Positions 32,503 through 42,404 of a DNA stretch of 64,000 nt are shown piece after piece. Below the pieces are notes generated by a model. The model was not told the DNA's origin and searched no databases. It saw nothing but the letters and a program-made list of their open reading frames with translations. The stretch is from contig CAVOXA010000010.1 in NCBI GenBank assembly GCA_963700285.1, positions 960,001-1,024,000 on the forward strand, written 5' to 3'. Source of the stretch: an uncultured Chloroflexia bacterium. Lineage in GTDB: Bacteria > Chloroflexota > Anaerolineae > JAAYZQ01. A program made the position numbers and the translations under genes. Numbering within the stretch: the first letter of the stretch is position 1; every line of letters starts with the position of its first letter.

Positions 32503-33468
32503 TCACCGGTCAGATAGTGTTTCAAGGAAGCCTCGAGCACGTAGCCACCGCAACATCTCCAGCAATGCCTCGTCACGCTGGCGAATGACCCGCGCCTCCT
32601 GACCCGGTGGCCAGTCATAGAATCCTTTGCCGGCTTTCGCGCCCAGCTCGCCGCGCGTGACCTTGTCCCGGATCAACTGCATGGGCTCAGTTGAGCGGTT
32701 CAACTCCGGAAGCAAGTACGTTTGGATCGCCAGCGTGAGATCCAGACCACCCAAATCGGCAGTCTCCAACGGACCGACAAAGGGAAATCGCAGGCCAAAG
32801 CTCAACCTGGCGATACGATCGACGTCCTCAGGGGTGGCGATACCCTCAGCAACGATGGCGATGGCCTCCCGGCGCAAGGCATGCTGCAGGCGATTTCCGA
32901 CAAAGCCAGGAACATCTTTCCTGACCAATGCAGGGCACTTGCCGGCGGATTCTAGAAGCGTACAGGTAGCTTTGACAACTTCATCCGAAGCAAGATCTCC
33001 AGGCATGACTTCTACGACAGGGATGAGGTAGGGAGGATTCCAAAAGTGTGTCACCAGGAACCGTTCCGGATGCTTGAGGACAGCCGCCATGTCGCGGACA
33101 CAATACCCAGAGGTCGTACTGGCAATAAGCATACCGGGCGGGCAATGCTCCTCCAACTGCCGCAGCACATCGTGTTTGACAGCGAGATTCTCAATGACAG
33201 CCTCGACCACAAAGTCGGCCTCGGAAGCTGCTTCAGCCAAATTGGGCGCCCAATCGATACGTTCAAGCACACTTGCGACCCGGTTCTTTTCGCCCGGGCT
33301 GGCCCCCAGACAGGTCTCGAGGTTCACCTCGATGCGCTGGATGGCATTGCCAAGAACACGGGCATCCGAATCGGTCATCACCACCGGAAAACCAGCCAGG
33401 GCAAACAGTTGAGCTATGCCATGCCCCATGGTTCCAGCTCCAATGATCGCTATCTTGTTGATCTCCAT
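32503..33468 (-). CDS. 3-hydroxyacyl-CoA dehydrogenase family protein
   Basis: GAGTMG, EAVIE, HFWNPP, GFVGNRLQ, GPLETAD, GAKAGKGFY. Confidence 0.9.
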   Translation of the reverse strand: MEINKIAIIGAGTMGHGIAQLFALAGFPVVMTDSDARVLGNAIQRIEVNLETCLGASPGEKNRVASVLERIDWAPNLAEAASEADFVVEAVIENLAVKHDVLRQLEEHCPPGMLIASTTSGYCVRDMAAVLKHPERFLVTHFWNPPYLIPVVEVMPGDLASDEVVKATCTLLESAGKCPALVRKDVPGFVGNRLQHALRREAIAIVAEGIATPEDVDRIARLSFGLRFPFVGPLETADLGGLDLTLAIQTYLLPELNRSTEPMQLIRDKVTRGELGAKAGKGFYDWPPGQEARVIRQRDEALLEMLRWLRARGFLETLSDR

Positions 33469-33498
33469 ATGATTCTCCTCAAGGGTCATCCGTTTTTG

Positions 33499-34500
33499 CT
33501 ACACGATCTGATTCGGCCAAAGATGCGCACCCATCGAGCGAGCGACAATCTCCCTGCATATCTTCAGCCCATTGCCACTATTGGTCATAATCACAACCCC
33601 AGATCCCAGCTCCCTACATCCAATGGCGAATGCCTGGATCCCTGAGGATTTGCCATGTTGCCAAAGAAAGACAGCGTTGTCACTCTGTGTTATGCCCCAT
33701 CCCAGGCCCCAAGAGATGGAATCACTAATCTTGATCTGCGATCTCGACATCTCATTCGTCAGCATCTCGCTCAGGTGGGAAGCGTTCTCTCCAGGGGGCT
33801 GGATGATCTCAATGATGAATTTCGCAAAGTCAGTTGGTGTGCTGAAAAGGCTACCAGCCGCGTTGCTGAAGCGGATGCGTTGGGTGAAAGGCATGCCCTT
33901 TTCGTCATGAGCTTCAGCGGCTCCTCTAATGTCGTCGCGTGCGCATACGAAGCGGCTAGCGTGCATCTCAAATGGGACTAGAAGGTTCGCTTCCATGTAC
34001 TTAGCCACCAATTGACCAGATAGGTGCTCTATGACCTTCTGCAGGTAGACGTAACCCTCGCCAGAATACGAGAATCTCTCCCCAGGGGCAAACAGCATGT
34101 GCAGCGACTGGCCACTCGGTCGCCAGTTTGGCAAGCCAGAGGTATGGGACAGGACATGGCGCATCGTGATGAGGTTCAGTCGGCGCTCGTCGGCTATGTA
34201 GGGCTCGGGCAGGTACTTGGTCAACGGGGTATCCAAGTCCAGCAAACCTGTCTGGCACATACGGAGAGCAGCATAAGCAAACGCAGGTTTGCTCAGCGAT
34301 TGGGCCGAGAAGACCGTGTCAGTCGTGACAGCTTCTCCCGAAAGCGTGCTCTTGGTCCCAAAACCTTGGGCCCAGAACAGCTCTGCGTCTTTGACCAGGG
34401 CGATGGAAAGTCCTGGGATTACAAAGCCTTCCATCCAGATGGGGATCAGCGCTTTTAGATCGGCAACGAGCATGCCGGCAGAAACTGCCGCCATGATCAC
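33499..34500 (-). CDS. Serine hydrolase, beta-lactamase-related family
   Basis: SxxK (SLSK), LSHTSGL, FSYSGEGY, AGSL, WQHG. Confidence 0.88.
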   Translation of the reverse strand: MIMAAVSAGMLVADLKALIPIWMEGFVIPGLSIALVKDAELFWAQGFGTKSTLSGEAVTTDTVFSAQSLSKPAFAYAALRMCQTGLLDLDTPLTKYLPEPYIADERRLNLITMRHVLSHTSGLPNWRPSGQSLHMLFAPGERFSYSGEGYVYLQKVIEHLSGQLVAKYMEANLLVPFEMHASRFVCARDDIRGAAEAHDEKGMPFTQRIRFSNAAGSLFSTPTDFAKFIIEIIQPPGENASHLSEMLTNEMSRSQIKISDSISWGLGWGITQSDNAVFLWQHGKSSGIQAFAIGCRELGSGVVIMTNSGNGLKICREIVARSMGAHLWPNQIV

Positions 34501-35261
34501 GTTCCGACAACAAAGGCGCCATCCACCCGCATCACAGCGCCTGAGACAAAACTCGCCTCGTCAGATGCCAGGAAGAGATAGACATTGGCCACCTCCCGTG
34601 ACCGGCCCATCCGCCCCAGGGGGATGCGAGCCCGCATCGCCTCCAAGACCTTTTCAGGCATCGAGTCGAGGATTTCAGTGGCAATGAGTCCCGGCGCCAC
34701 CGCGTTGACCCGGATATTATGGCGCCCAAACTCGCGGGCCCAGACCTTGGTCATTCCGATCACGCCGGCCTTGGTAGCGACATAGTTCGTCTGGCCAAAG
34801 TTGCCATCCAAGCCCACGACAGAGCTGGCGTTGAGGATCACACCCCCTCCCTGCCGGATCATATAGGGCGCAACGGCTTGGGTACAGTTGAACACTCCTT
34901 TGAGATTGACGGCAATGACCCGGTCAAAATCGGCCTCGGTCATCTGCTTCACCAACTCACCATCCTTGACCTTGACCAGCGCGGCATCGGCCAGAATCCC
35001 GGCGTTGTTGACCAGCACATCGATCTGGCCCAGCTTTTCTGCGACATCATCCACCCAGGCCTGTACGGCTTCCCTGTCGGCGACGTCTACCTTGTAGAAC
35101 GTGACTTTGGGTCCAAGCTCCTGAACTACAGCTTGGCCCGCCTCCTCTCGCACATCGCAGATAACGACCTGGGCCCCTTCTTCCAGAAAACGCTCCGCCG
35201 TGGCTTTGCCAATCCCGGCCGCACCACCGGTGATGAGGGCTACTTTGCCTTCGAGACGCAT
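34497..35261 (-). CDS. fabG: FabG-like short-chain dehydrogenase/reductase
   Basis: TGGAAGIG, NNAG, NFGQTNYVATK, NAVAPG. Confidence 0.85.
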   Translation of the reverse strand: MRLEGKVALITGGAAGIGKATAERFLEEGAQVVICDVREEAGQAVVQELGPKVTFYKVDVADREAVQAWVDDVAEKLGQIDVLVNNAGILADAALVKVKDGELVKQMTEADFDRVIAVNLKGVFNCTQAVAPYMIRQGGGVILNASSVVGLDGNFGQTNYVATKAGVIGMTKVWAREFGRHNIRVNAVAPGLIATEILDSMPEKVLEAMRARIPLGRMGRSREVANVYLFLASDEASFVSGAVMRVDGAFVVGT

Positions 35262-35467
35262 GTCCCTGCCTCCCTTCTCTGGTGTATTTTGAGCACGAAA
35301 CGGCATCATGGTACCCTACTCCAGGGGCATTGTCAAACCCTGCAGCACTACAGCGTGATGGATCAAGCTGCCTACGATAGCAAGACAGGGCCTTCAACTA
35401 GAAGGGGATTGAAGACGGGGCATAAATCAGTCAGATCTCTGCGGATGGGCCTTTGATTCCACCCGAT

Positions 35468-35496
35468 TGGACAAATCCCGGTCAAAGATGTATAAT
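35468..35496 (+). promoter_or_regulatory. Sigma70 promoter of the fumarate hydratase-Hdr cluster
   Basis: TGGACA-N17-TATAAT. Confidence 0.65.
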
Positions 35497-35665
35497 TCGG
35501 GACCTTAGCTTCAATGGGGAGGCCACCGTGAAAGAGCGGATCGTCCAACCTGAAGGATCGGGGACCGGCGGTGTCGTCGTATATTGTCTAAGCAGGCACC
35601 TCAGGAGCTAGATGACAGGCTTGAACACAATGAGGTGCCTTTGTGATCCAAGAGAGGGTAGCGAC

Positions 35666-36511
35666 GTGAAAGAGATTGACGCAAAGCAGATTACGGAAAC
35701 CGTCGCCCAATTGTGCATCGAGAGCAACTATAATCTGGGTGAAGATGTATTGGCCGCGCTACGCTCCTACCGCGAGGCGGAGGTCTCGCCGGTTGGACGT
35801 GAGGTATTGGATCAAATCCTCGAGAACGCAGACATTGCCCAAAAGGAGCAAGTCCCCCTCTGCCAGGATTGTGGCCTGACCGTTGTTTTTTTGGAACTCG
35901 GCCAGGATGTGCATATCGCCGGTGGTGACCTGAACGAGGCCATCGCCGAGGGGGTACGCCAAGGATACGAAAAAGGCTACCTTCGCAATTCCATGGTGAA
36001 CCAGCCTTTCTCCGCTCGGATCAATACCAATGACAATACTCCACCCGTTGTCCATACCACCATCGTGCCTGGCAATGAACTCAAGATTACCGTGGCCCCA
36101 AAAGGTGGTGGCAGCGAGAACATGAGCCGGTTAGCCATGCTCAAGCCCGCCGATGGGCGTGAGGGGGTGGTCGACTTTGTGGTCGAGTCGGTGCGGCGAG
36201 CGGGGGCCAACCCCTGCCCGCCGATCATTGTCGGTGTGGGTATCGGCGGTTCAGCCGAGAAGGCGATGTGGTTGGCCAAGTATTCGCTCCTGCGCCAAGT
36301 GGGCCAGCCCAACCCTGATCCCGAAGTTTCTGAACTGGAAGCCGACATCCTGGTTCGAGTGAATCGCATCGGCATCGGGCCACAGGGCTTTGGCGGCCGC
36401 ACCACGGCGTTGGCGGTACACGCGGAGACCTTCCCATGCCACATTGCCAGCCTGCCCGTTGCTGTCAATATTCAGTGCCACTCTGCCCGGCACAAGGAGG
36501 CGATGCTGTGA
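35666..36511 (+). CDS. Class I Fe-S fumarate hydratase, alpha subunit
   Basis: PLCQDCG, KGGGSEN, NPCPP, CHIAS, QCHSARH. Confidence 0.9.
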   Translation: MKEIDAKQITETVAQLCIESNYNLGEDVLAALRSYREAEVSPVGREVLDQILENADIAQKEQVPLCQDCGLTVVFLELGQDVHIAGGDLNEAIAEGVRQGYEKGYLRNSMVNQPFSARINTNDNTPPVVHTTIVPGNELKITVAPKGGGSENMSRLAMLKPADGREGVVDFVVESVRRAGANPCPPIIVGVGIGGSAEKAMWLAKYSLLRQVGQPNPDPEVSELEADILVRVNRIGIGPQGFGGRTTALAVHAETFPCHIASLPVAVNIQCHSARHKEAML

Positions 36512-37053
36512 AGCTAACAACCCCCTTGACGGATGACGCTATCGAAAAACTCCACGCCGGCGACAAGGTCAGTATCACCGGTGTCATCTATGTTGGGCGA
36601 GACGCAGCCCATAAGCGCATCGTGGCAAGTATGGATGCCGATGAGCAGTTGCCCTTTGATCCTCAAGGCCAGATCATCTATTACATGGGCCCCGCTCCGG
36701 CCAAACCGGGCGATCCCATCGGCTCAGCGGGTCCGACGACCAGCTACCGCATGGATCCCTACGCTCACCGCCTCATGGAGGCAGGGCTGAAGGGCATGAT
36801 CGGCAAGGGCAACCGTTCCGTGCCGGTACGCGAGGCAATGCAGAAGCACAAGGCGATCTATATGGGCGCCATTGGTGGGGCAGGGGCTCTCATCGCCAAG
36901 AGCATCAAAAAGGCAGAGGTGATTGCCTACGACGATCTGGGTGCCGAAGCGCTCCGCCGGCTGGAGGTGGAGGACTTTCCGGCCATTGTGGTGAACGACA
37001 TCCATGGCGGCGACGCCTACGAGGATGGATTGCGGGAGCACAATCAGGAATAG
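36508..37053 (+). CDS. Class I Fe-S fumarate hydratase, beta subunit
   Basis: GRDAAH, YYMGP, GPTTSYRM, IGKG, GAEA; GTGA overlap with alpha. Confidence 0.9.
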   Translation: MKLTTPLTDDAIEKLHAGDKVSITGVIYVGRDAAHKRIVASMDADEQLPFDPQGQIIYYMGPAPAKPGDPIGSAGPTTSYRMDPYAHRLMEAGLKGMIGKGNRSVPVREAMQKHKAIYMGAIGGAGALIAKSIKKAEVIAYDDLGAEALRRLEVEDFPAIVVNDIHGGDAYEDGLREHNQE

Positions 37054-37062
37054 GGGGCAGCG

Positions 37063-37482
37063 ATGAGGGTCCGGCTATCGGCAGAATCGGTGCACAGCGA
37101 GCTGGTGCACCGCATCGAAGAGTACAGTGGTCAAGACCTGATGGCCTGCTATCAGTGTGGAAAATGTGCTGCCGGATGCCCGGTGGCCTTTGCCATGGAC
37201 ATACTCCCCAGCCAGGTGATCCGCTATGCCCAGTTGGGCCTTGTTGATCGGCTGCTCGACAGCCAGACCATCTGGCTGTGCGCAGCCTGCCAGACCTGTT
37301 ATACCCGCTGCCCCAAGGGTATCGATCTGAGCCGGATCATGGAAGCCCTTAGAGAGATCGCTATGTATGAAAAAGGTAGTCACATGGACTATGACGACCT
37401 GGGCCACGCCATCCCGCCTGAAGAAATGGCTAGCTGGCCGCAGCAGGCCTTCATTGGCGGCTTTCGCAAGTATACAGTATGA
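37063..37482 (+). CDS. hdrC: HdrC-like 2x[4Fe-4S] subunit (HdrC1)
   Basis: CYQCGKCAAGCP, WLCAACQTCYTRCP. Confidence 0.88.
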   Translation: MRVRLSAESVHSELVHRIEEYSGQDLMACYQCGKCAAGCPVAFAMDILPSQVIRYAQLGLVDRLLDSQTIWLCAACQTCYTRCPKGIDLSRIMEALREIAMYEKGSHMDYDDLGHAIPPEEMASWPQQAFIGGFRKYTV

Positions 37483-37574
37483 CGGACAGAATACCCAGCG
37501 CCTGCTATCCTACAACCAGTGGCTGCTCGCCCTTGTTTTTCGGATATTGAGAGTGCAATGGGAGGCACGAACCC

Positions 37575-38456
37575 ATGAAGGTACCCTATTTCCCCGGTTG
37601 TACCCTCAACACGACCGGCAAGGGCTTTGACAACGCCGTACGGGCTTCGACTGCAGCGGTGGGACTAGAGTTGGTCGAGCTGCCCGAATGGAACTGTTGC
37701 GGTGCGACCTATCCCCTCATTGTCGACAACATGCTTGAATTGGCTGCCCCTGCCCACATTCTGGTGGCAGCGCGTGAGGAGGGGAGCACGGTCACGACCG
37801 CCTGCACCACATGCTACAACGTCCTGAAGCGGACGAACAGATTTATCCGCGATCACAAAGAGGAACGGGATCGGATCAACGACTTTATCGAAGCCGAATA
37901 CAGCGGTGAAGTGGAGGTAATGGACATCCTGCATCTGCTGCGTGACCAGATTGGCTTTGATGCTGTCAGGGAAAAAGTACAGAAACCACTCAAAGATCTA
38001 CAGGTAGCCTCATATTATGGCTGCATGGTGCTCCGCCCGCCCGGCGAAGTCGCTTATGACGACCCCGACCACCCCCGGTCATTGGACGATCTTATGGCCG
38101 CTTTGGGTGCCACGCCGGTGGACTTTGCCCACAAGAACGAGTGCTGTGGCGCGTACCTGGCAGTCAAGGATGCCCGGATCACCCGGGAAATGGTCTATAC
38201 CATTCTTAGATCCGCCCAGGCCGCCGGGGCTGAAGCCGTGGCTACCAACTGTCCCCTGTGCCAATTCAATCTGGACAAGCAACAGGCTGAGATGCGCAAG
38301 ATCTATGCAGGCTACCAACCCATCCCCATCTTTTACTTCAGCCAGTTGATGGGCCTGGCACTGGGCCTTGACGCCAGCGAATATGGATGGGACCAACACT
38401 ATATTGACGGGCAGCCGCTCTTGACCGAACGAGGTCTCTGGGCGCACTCTGCGTGA
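37575..38456 (+). CDS. hdrB: HdrB-like CCG-domain subunit (HdrB1)
   Basis: YFPGC, WNCCG, ACTTC, YYGC, ECCG, NCPLC. Confidence 0.92.
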   Translation: MKVPYFPGCTLNTTGKGFDNAVRASTAAVGLELVELPEWNCCGATYPLIVDNMLELAAPAHILVAAREEGSTVTTACTTCYNVLKRTNRFIRDHKEERDRINDFIEAEYSGEVEVMDILHLLRDQIGFDAVREKVQKPLKDLQVASYYGCMVLRPPGEVAYDDPDHPRSLDDLMAALGATPVDFAHKNECCGAYLAVKDARITREMVYTILRSAQAAGAEAVATNCPLCQFNLDKQQAEMRKIYAGYQPIPIFYFSQLMGLALGLDASEYGWDQHYIDGQPLLTERGLWAHSA

Positions 38457-38477
38457 GGTTGGAGAAGGCAACGACTG

Positions 38478-39863
38478 ATGGCAGCTAGCGCCAAGGCACA
38501 GAACGAATACAGCAAACGGGTGATGATCGTTGGCGCTGGCATCGCCGGCATGCAGGCTGCGTTGGACATTGCCAGTTCCGGGTACCAAGTGGTGTTGGTG
38601 GACCGACTGCCTTCCATCGGCGGTCACATGCACCAGCTCTCCGAAACCTTCCCAACCCTGGACTGCGCCCAGTGCATCATGACGCCGCGTACCGTGGATG
38701 TGGGACGCCATGAAAACATCCTGCTCCACGTTTATGCCGAGATCGAGGATATCTCTGGTGAGGTGGGCGATTTCCGGGTACGCATCAGGCGCAAGCCTGC
38801 CTTCGTTAACTGGGATGCCTGTACTGCCTGTGGGGAGTGCACCGAAGCATGTCCTCAACTGATACCTGTCGACTTTGATCGCAATATGGAGATGGCTGCG
38901 GTGATGCGCAGTGGCAGAGTACGGCACGTCGGTACAGGCAAGGCCATCTATACCTTGTCACCCCAGGCCGTACCCAAAAAACCCGTGATCGATGTCGACT
39001 ATTGCACCTATTTCCTGCGGGGCAAGTGCCGCATCTGCGAAAAGGTCTGCCCCGTAGGTGCCATCGATTTTGAACAGGAGCCTGCCTGGGTAGAGGAACG
39101 CGTTGGGGCCATCATCCTGGCCACAGGCTACGAACTCTATCCTTTGGAGAACCTGGGCGAATATGGTGGTGGTCAGGTGCCAGACGTCATCGACGCCCTG
39201 GCCATGGAACGCCTCCTGAGCGCCTCGGGACCAACGGCCGGTACCATGCGCCGCCCTTCCGACGGCCGACAGCCCCGGGAGGTTGTCTGGATCCAATGCG
39301 CCGGCTCCCGGGACCCGGAGTTGGGGATGCCGTACTGCTCCAAAATCTGCTGCATGTATAGCGCAAAGCAAGCCATGCTCTACAAACACAAGGTTCACGA
39401 TGGGCAGGCCTACGTGTTCTATATCGACATCCGCTCGGCGGGAAAGCGCTATGAGGAGTTCATCCAGCGGGCCATGGAGGAAGATCAGGTGCTTTTCGTT
39501 CGCGGCAAGGTAAGCAAGGTCTTCCGCGAAGGTGAAAAGGTCATGGTCTGGGGTGTAGATACCCTGACCGACCTGCCGGTTGAAGTAGCTGCTGACCTGG
39601 TGGTGGTTTCACCGGCGATGGTTCCTTCTGAAGGCACACGAGAGTTGGGCGCGATGCTGGGGCTCGACGTCGATCAGTTCGGGTGGTGGACCGAAGGAGA
39701 GGCAAATCTTGCCCCCCTCGAGACAGCGCAACCCGGCGTTTTCTTGGCCGGAGCCGGGATCGGGCCCAAGGACATCCCTGAAGCGGTCTCACAGGGAAGC
39801 GGAGCAGCGGGCAAAGTTCTTTCGCTCCTGCGCCGCTGGGGCAGTCAGGGAGGCCAGGACTGA
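38478..39863 (+). CDS. hdrA: HdrA-like flavoprotein, short form (FAD domain plus inserted ferredoxin)
   Basis: GAGIAG, TFPTLDCAQC, CTACGEC...CP, QCAGSR...YCSKICCMYSAK, PKDIPE; lacks N- and C-terminal Fe-S domains. Confidence 0.88.
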   Translation: MAASAKAQNEYSKRVMIVGAGIAGMQAALDIASSGYQVVLVDRLPSIGGHMHQLSETFPTLDCAQCIMTPRTVDVGRHENILLHVYAEIEDISGEVGDFRVRIRRKPAFVNWDACTACGECTEACPQLIPVDFDRNMEMAAVMRSGRVRHVGTGKAIYTLSPQAVPKKPVIDVDYCTYFLRGKCRICEKVCPVGAIDFEQEPAWVEERVGAIILATGYELYPLENLGEYGGGQVPDVIDALAMERLLSASGPTAGTMRRPSDGRQPREVVWIQCAGSRDPELGMPYCSKICCMYSAKQAMLYKHKVHDGQAYVFYIDIRSAGKRYEEFIQRAMEEDQVLFVRGKVSKVFREGEKVMVWGVDTLTDLPVEVAADLVVVSPAMVPSEGTRELGAMLGLDVDQFGWWTEGEANLAPLETAQPGVFLAGAGIGPKDIPEAVSQGSGAAGKVLSLLRRWGSQGGQD

Positions 39864-39994
39864 TATCTCTGCCCCATCCCAGGAGGAAGGAATACGGAAG
39901 GCTTTGTCACCAGATCCTGCTGATGGCTCCTAACATTCAGCGGTTGGGGTGAGCAACGCGCCAGGCAGTTGGCCGCGGCCATACAGGAAAACGC

Positions 39995-41806
39995 ATGAAG
40001 CGCATCGGTGTCTTTGTCTGCCATTGTGGAACGAATATCGCCAGCACGATCGACGTGGAACGTGTGGTTGAAGCGGTACACGAGTTCCCTGATGTCGTGT
40101 ACGTTATCGACTACAAGTACGTCTGCTCCGATCCTGGCCAACAGCTCATCCGCGATCATATCCGTGATGATAGGCTGGATGCGGTTATTATCGCCGCATG
40201 TTCACCGGCCATGCACGAGACGACTTTCCGCAGGACGGCCCAAGCGGCCGGCATCAACCCTTACCAGACCGAGATCGCCAACATTCGCGAGCAGTCGAGC
40301 TGGGTTCACCAGACGCAGCAGGAAGCAGCCACCAACAAGGCCATTGAAACCATACGCACTATCGTCGCCAAGGCCCATTACAATCAATCGCTGACCCCAC
40401 ATTTCCTGCCCCTGGTCAAGCGGGCGATGGTAGTGGGTGGGGGCATCGCCGGGATACAGGCCACATTGGACCTGGCCGATGCAGGCTATCCCACTGTACT
40501 GGTGGAAAAGGCTGGGCATTTGGGCGGGCGTATGGCAGAACTGTCGTCCCTGTACCTTGATTTCGGTGCAGCACCGGACCTGCTCAGGGAAAAGATCAAA
40601 GCGGTCAAGACCCACGCCAACATCCAGGTGATCACTAACGCCGAGGTCGCACAAGTGGGCGGCTATGTCGGAAATTTCGTCGTCACGGTAGAGCAAAAAG
40701 CTGACGAGGAGATTTCCTATTCCTTTGACATTGGCGCGATGATTATCGCTACCGGATTTGACCTCTACGACCAGGAACGCCTAGGTGAGTACGGTGGCAA
40801 ACGCTATCCAGACGTGATCGATGGCCTGCAGTTCGAAGAGATGCTACGTCCCGACGGCCCCACCGGCGGTGAGATCCGCCGCCCTTCGGACGGCAAGATC
40901 CCCAGGGATGTAGTGTGGGTGCAGTGTGCTGGCTCCCGGGATCCCGAACTGCACATGCCGTACTGCTCCAAAGTGTGCTGCATGTACGTGGCCAAGCAGA
41001 CCATCCTCTTCAAACAGCAGGTTCCTGAAGGACAGGCTACCGTCTTTTACATCGATATCCGCAGCCAGGGGAAGGGCTATGAAGAGTTTGTCCAGCGGGC
41101 GATGGAGGATTATGATGTGCTCTACCTGCGGGGCAAGGCTTCCAAGGTCTTTCAGGAGCCTGCAATGCCTGTCCCTGAACATCCGCCTGGCGAGAACTCG
41201 GTGAGCCTGAGCGACCTGTCGAGAGGCGATGCCAGGAGGAATAGAGCAGGTCCGAATGGGCGAGTTACGGTCTGGGGTGTGGACACATTGACCAATCTGC
41301 CGATCGAGGTCGAGGCCGACCTGGTCGTGCTGGCCACAGCAACGGTCCCTCGCGCGGACGCCCAGGCACTGGGCCAGAAGCTGCGGATCAGCACTGACGA
41401 GCACGGCTTCTTTAGCGAAGCGCACCCCAAGCTGCGCCCGGTGGAAAGCCTGACAGCGGGCGTCTTTCTCGCCGGGGCAGCCCAGTTCCCCAAGGACATC
41501 CCGGAGACGGTGGCTCAAGCAAGTGGCGCCGCAGCCAAAGTGCTCAGCCTGTTCTCTCAGCGACAGATGGTCCAGGAACCAACCATTGCTTATGTGGAGC
41601 CCGATCTCTGCTCTGGCTGCGGTCTTTGCATCCCATCGTGTCCTTACGATGCGCGCATGATGCACGATTGGCAACACATCGCCATAGTGAACACCGCCCT
41701 GTGCCAGGGTTGCGGGGCTTGCACCATGGTCTGTCCCAACAAGGCTTGCCAGGTGCGCAACCTAGCCCACCGGCAGATCCTCTCGATGATGGAGGCCTAT
41801 CTGTAG
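39995..41806 (+). CDS. hdrA: HdrA-like flavoprotein (N-terminal Fe-S, FAD, C-terminal ferredoxin)
   Basis: GVFVCHCG, ACSP, NIREQ, GGGIAG, YCSKVCCMYVAK, CSGCGLC...CQGCGAC. Confidence 0.9.
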   Translation: MKRIGVFVCHCGTNIASTIDVERVVEAVHEFPDVVYVIDYKYVCSDPGQQLIRDHIRDDRLDAVIIAACSPAMHETTFRRTAQAAGINPYQTEIANIREQSSWVHQTQQEAATNKAIETIRTIVAKAHYNQSLTPHFLPLVKRAMVVGGGIAGIQATLDLADAGYPTVLVEKAGHLGGRMAELSSLYLDFGAAPDLLREKIKAVKTHANIQVITNAEVAQVGGYVGNFVVTVEQKADEEISYSFDIGAMIIATGFDLYDQERLGEYGGKRYPDVIDGLQFEEMLRPDGPTGGEIRRPSDGKIPRDVVWVQCAGSRDPELHMPYCSKVCCMYVAKQTILFKQQVPEGQATVFYIDIRSQGKGYEEFVQRAMEDYDVLYLRGKASKVFQEPAMPVPEHPPGENSVSLSDLSRGDARRNRAGPNGRVTVWGVDTLTNLPIEVEADLVVLATATVPRADAQALGQKLRISTDEHGFFSEAHPKLRPVESLTAGVFLAGAAQFPKDIPETVAQASGAAAKVLSLFSQRQMVQEPTIAYVEPDLCSGCGLCIPSCPYDARMMHDWQHIAIVNTALCQGCGACTMVCPNKACQVRNLAHRQILSMMEAYL

Positions 41807-41839
41807 CAGCAAGCCAGCAAGTACTGAGACAAGAAGGTC

Positions 41840-42397
41840 ATGCTCAAGGAAAATACCATGCAGCCCGATCTAACCTTCATCGGACAGGTCAGCGAACTGA
41901 GCCAGCAGAACGTAAGCCGCTGCTACTACTGCCTGCGCTGCTCGGCAGGCTGCCCGTCGGCTTACGCCATGGAATACACGCCGGCCCAGATCTTGCGTTT
42001 GGTCCAACTGGGTCAGAAGGACGCCCTCCTTCGCTCCTCGGCCATCTGGCTGTGCATCGGCTGCGAGACCTGCGGCACCCGTTGCCCCAACGAGATCCAC
42101 CCCGGCGCCGTCATCGACGCCCTGCGCCACATCGCCCTGGCCGAAGGGGTCAGCCCGGCAGAGCAATCGGTGTTCAAGCTGCACCAGGCCTTTCTGGACA
42201 GCATCCGCACCTGGGGCCGGCTGCACGAATTGACCATGATCCTCCAGCACAAGCTCACCAGCCGCGACCTGTTCAGCAACCTGGACATGGGGTTGGACAT
42301 GTTCCTCAAGGGCAAGATCCATCCCCTGCCCAAGCGCATCCAGAACATCGGCCAGGTCAAGGAACTGTTTGAGCTGGGGGATGAGGATTCAGGGTGA
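41840..42397 (+). CDS. hdrC: HdrC-like subunit (HdrC2)
   Basis: CYYCLRCSAGCP, WLCIGCETCGTRCP, GRLHE. Confidence 0.88.
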   Translation: MLKENTMQPDLTFIGQVSELSQQNVSRCYYCLRCSAGCPSAYAMEYTPAQILRLVQLGQKDALLRSSAIWLCIGCETCGTRCPNEIHPGAVIDALRHIALAEGVSPAEQSVFKLHQAFLDSIRTWGRLHELTMILQHKLTSRDLFSNLDMGLDMFLKGKIHPLPKRIQNIGQVKELFELGDEDSG

Positions 42398-42404
42398 GGT
42401 CGGG

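Noticed and set aside
33499-34500. Beta-lactam resistance gene
   Set aside because: No signal peptide; a generic SxxK serine hydrolase among acyl-metabolism genes
39861-39997. Selenocysteine readthrough or frameshift fusing hdrA1 and hdrA2
   Set aside because: The TGA is not at a Cys position, another in-frame stop follows about 20 codons later, and hdrA2 is in a different frame with its own RBS
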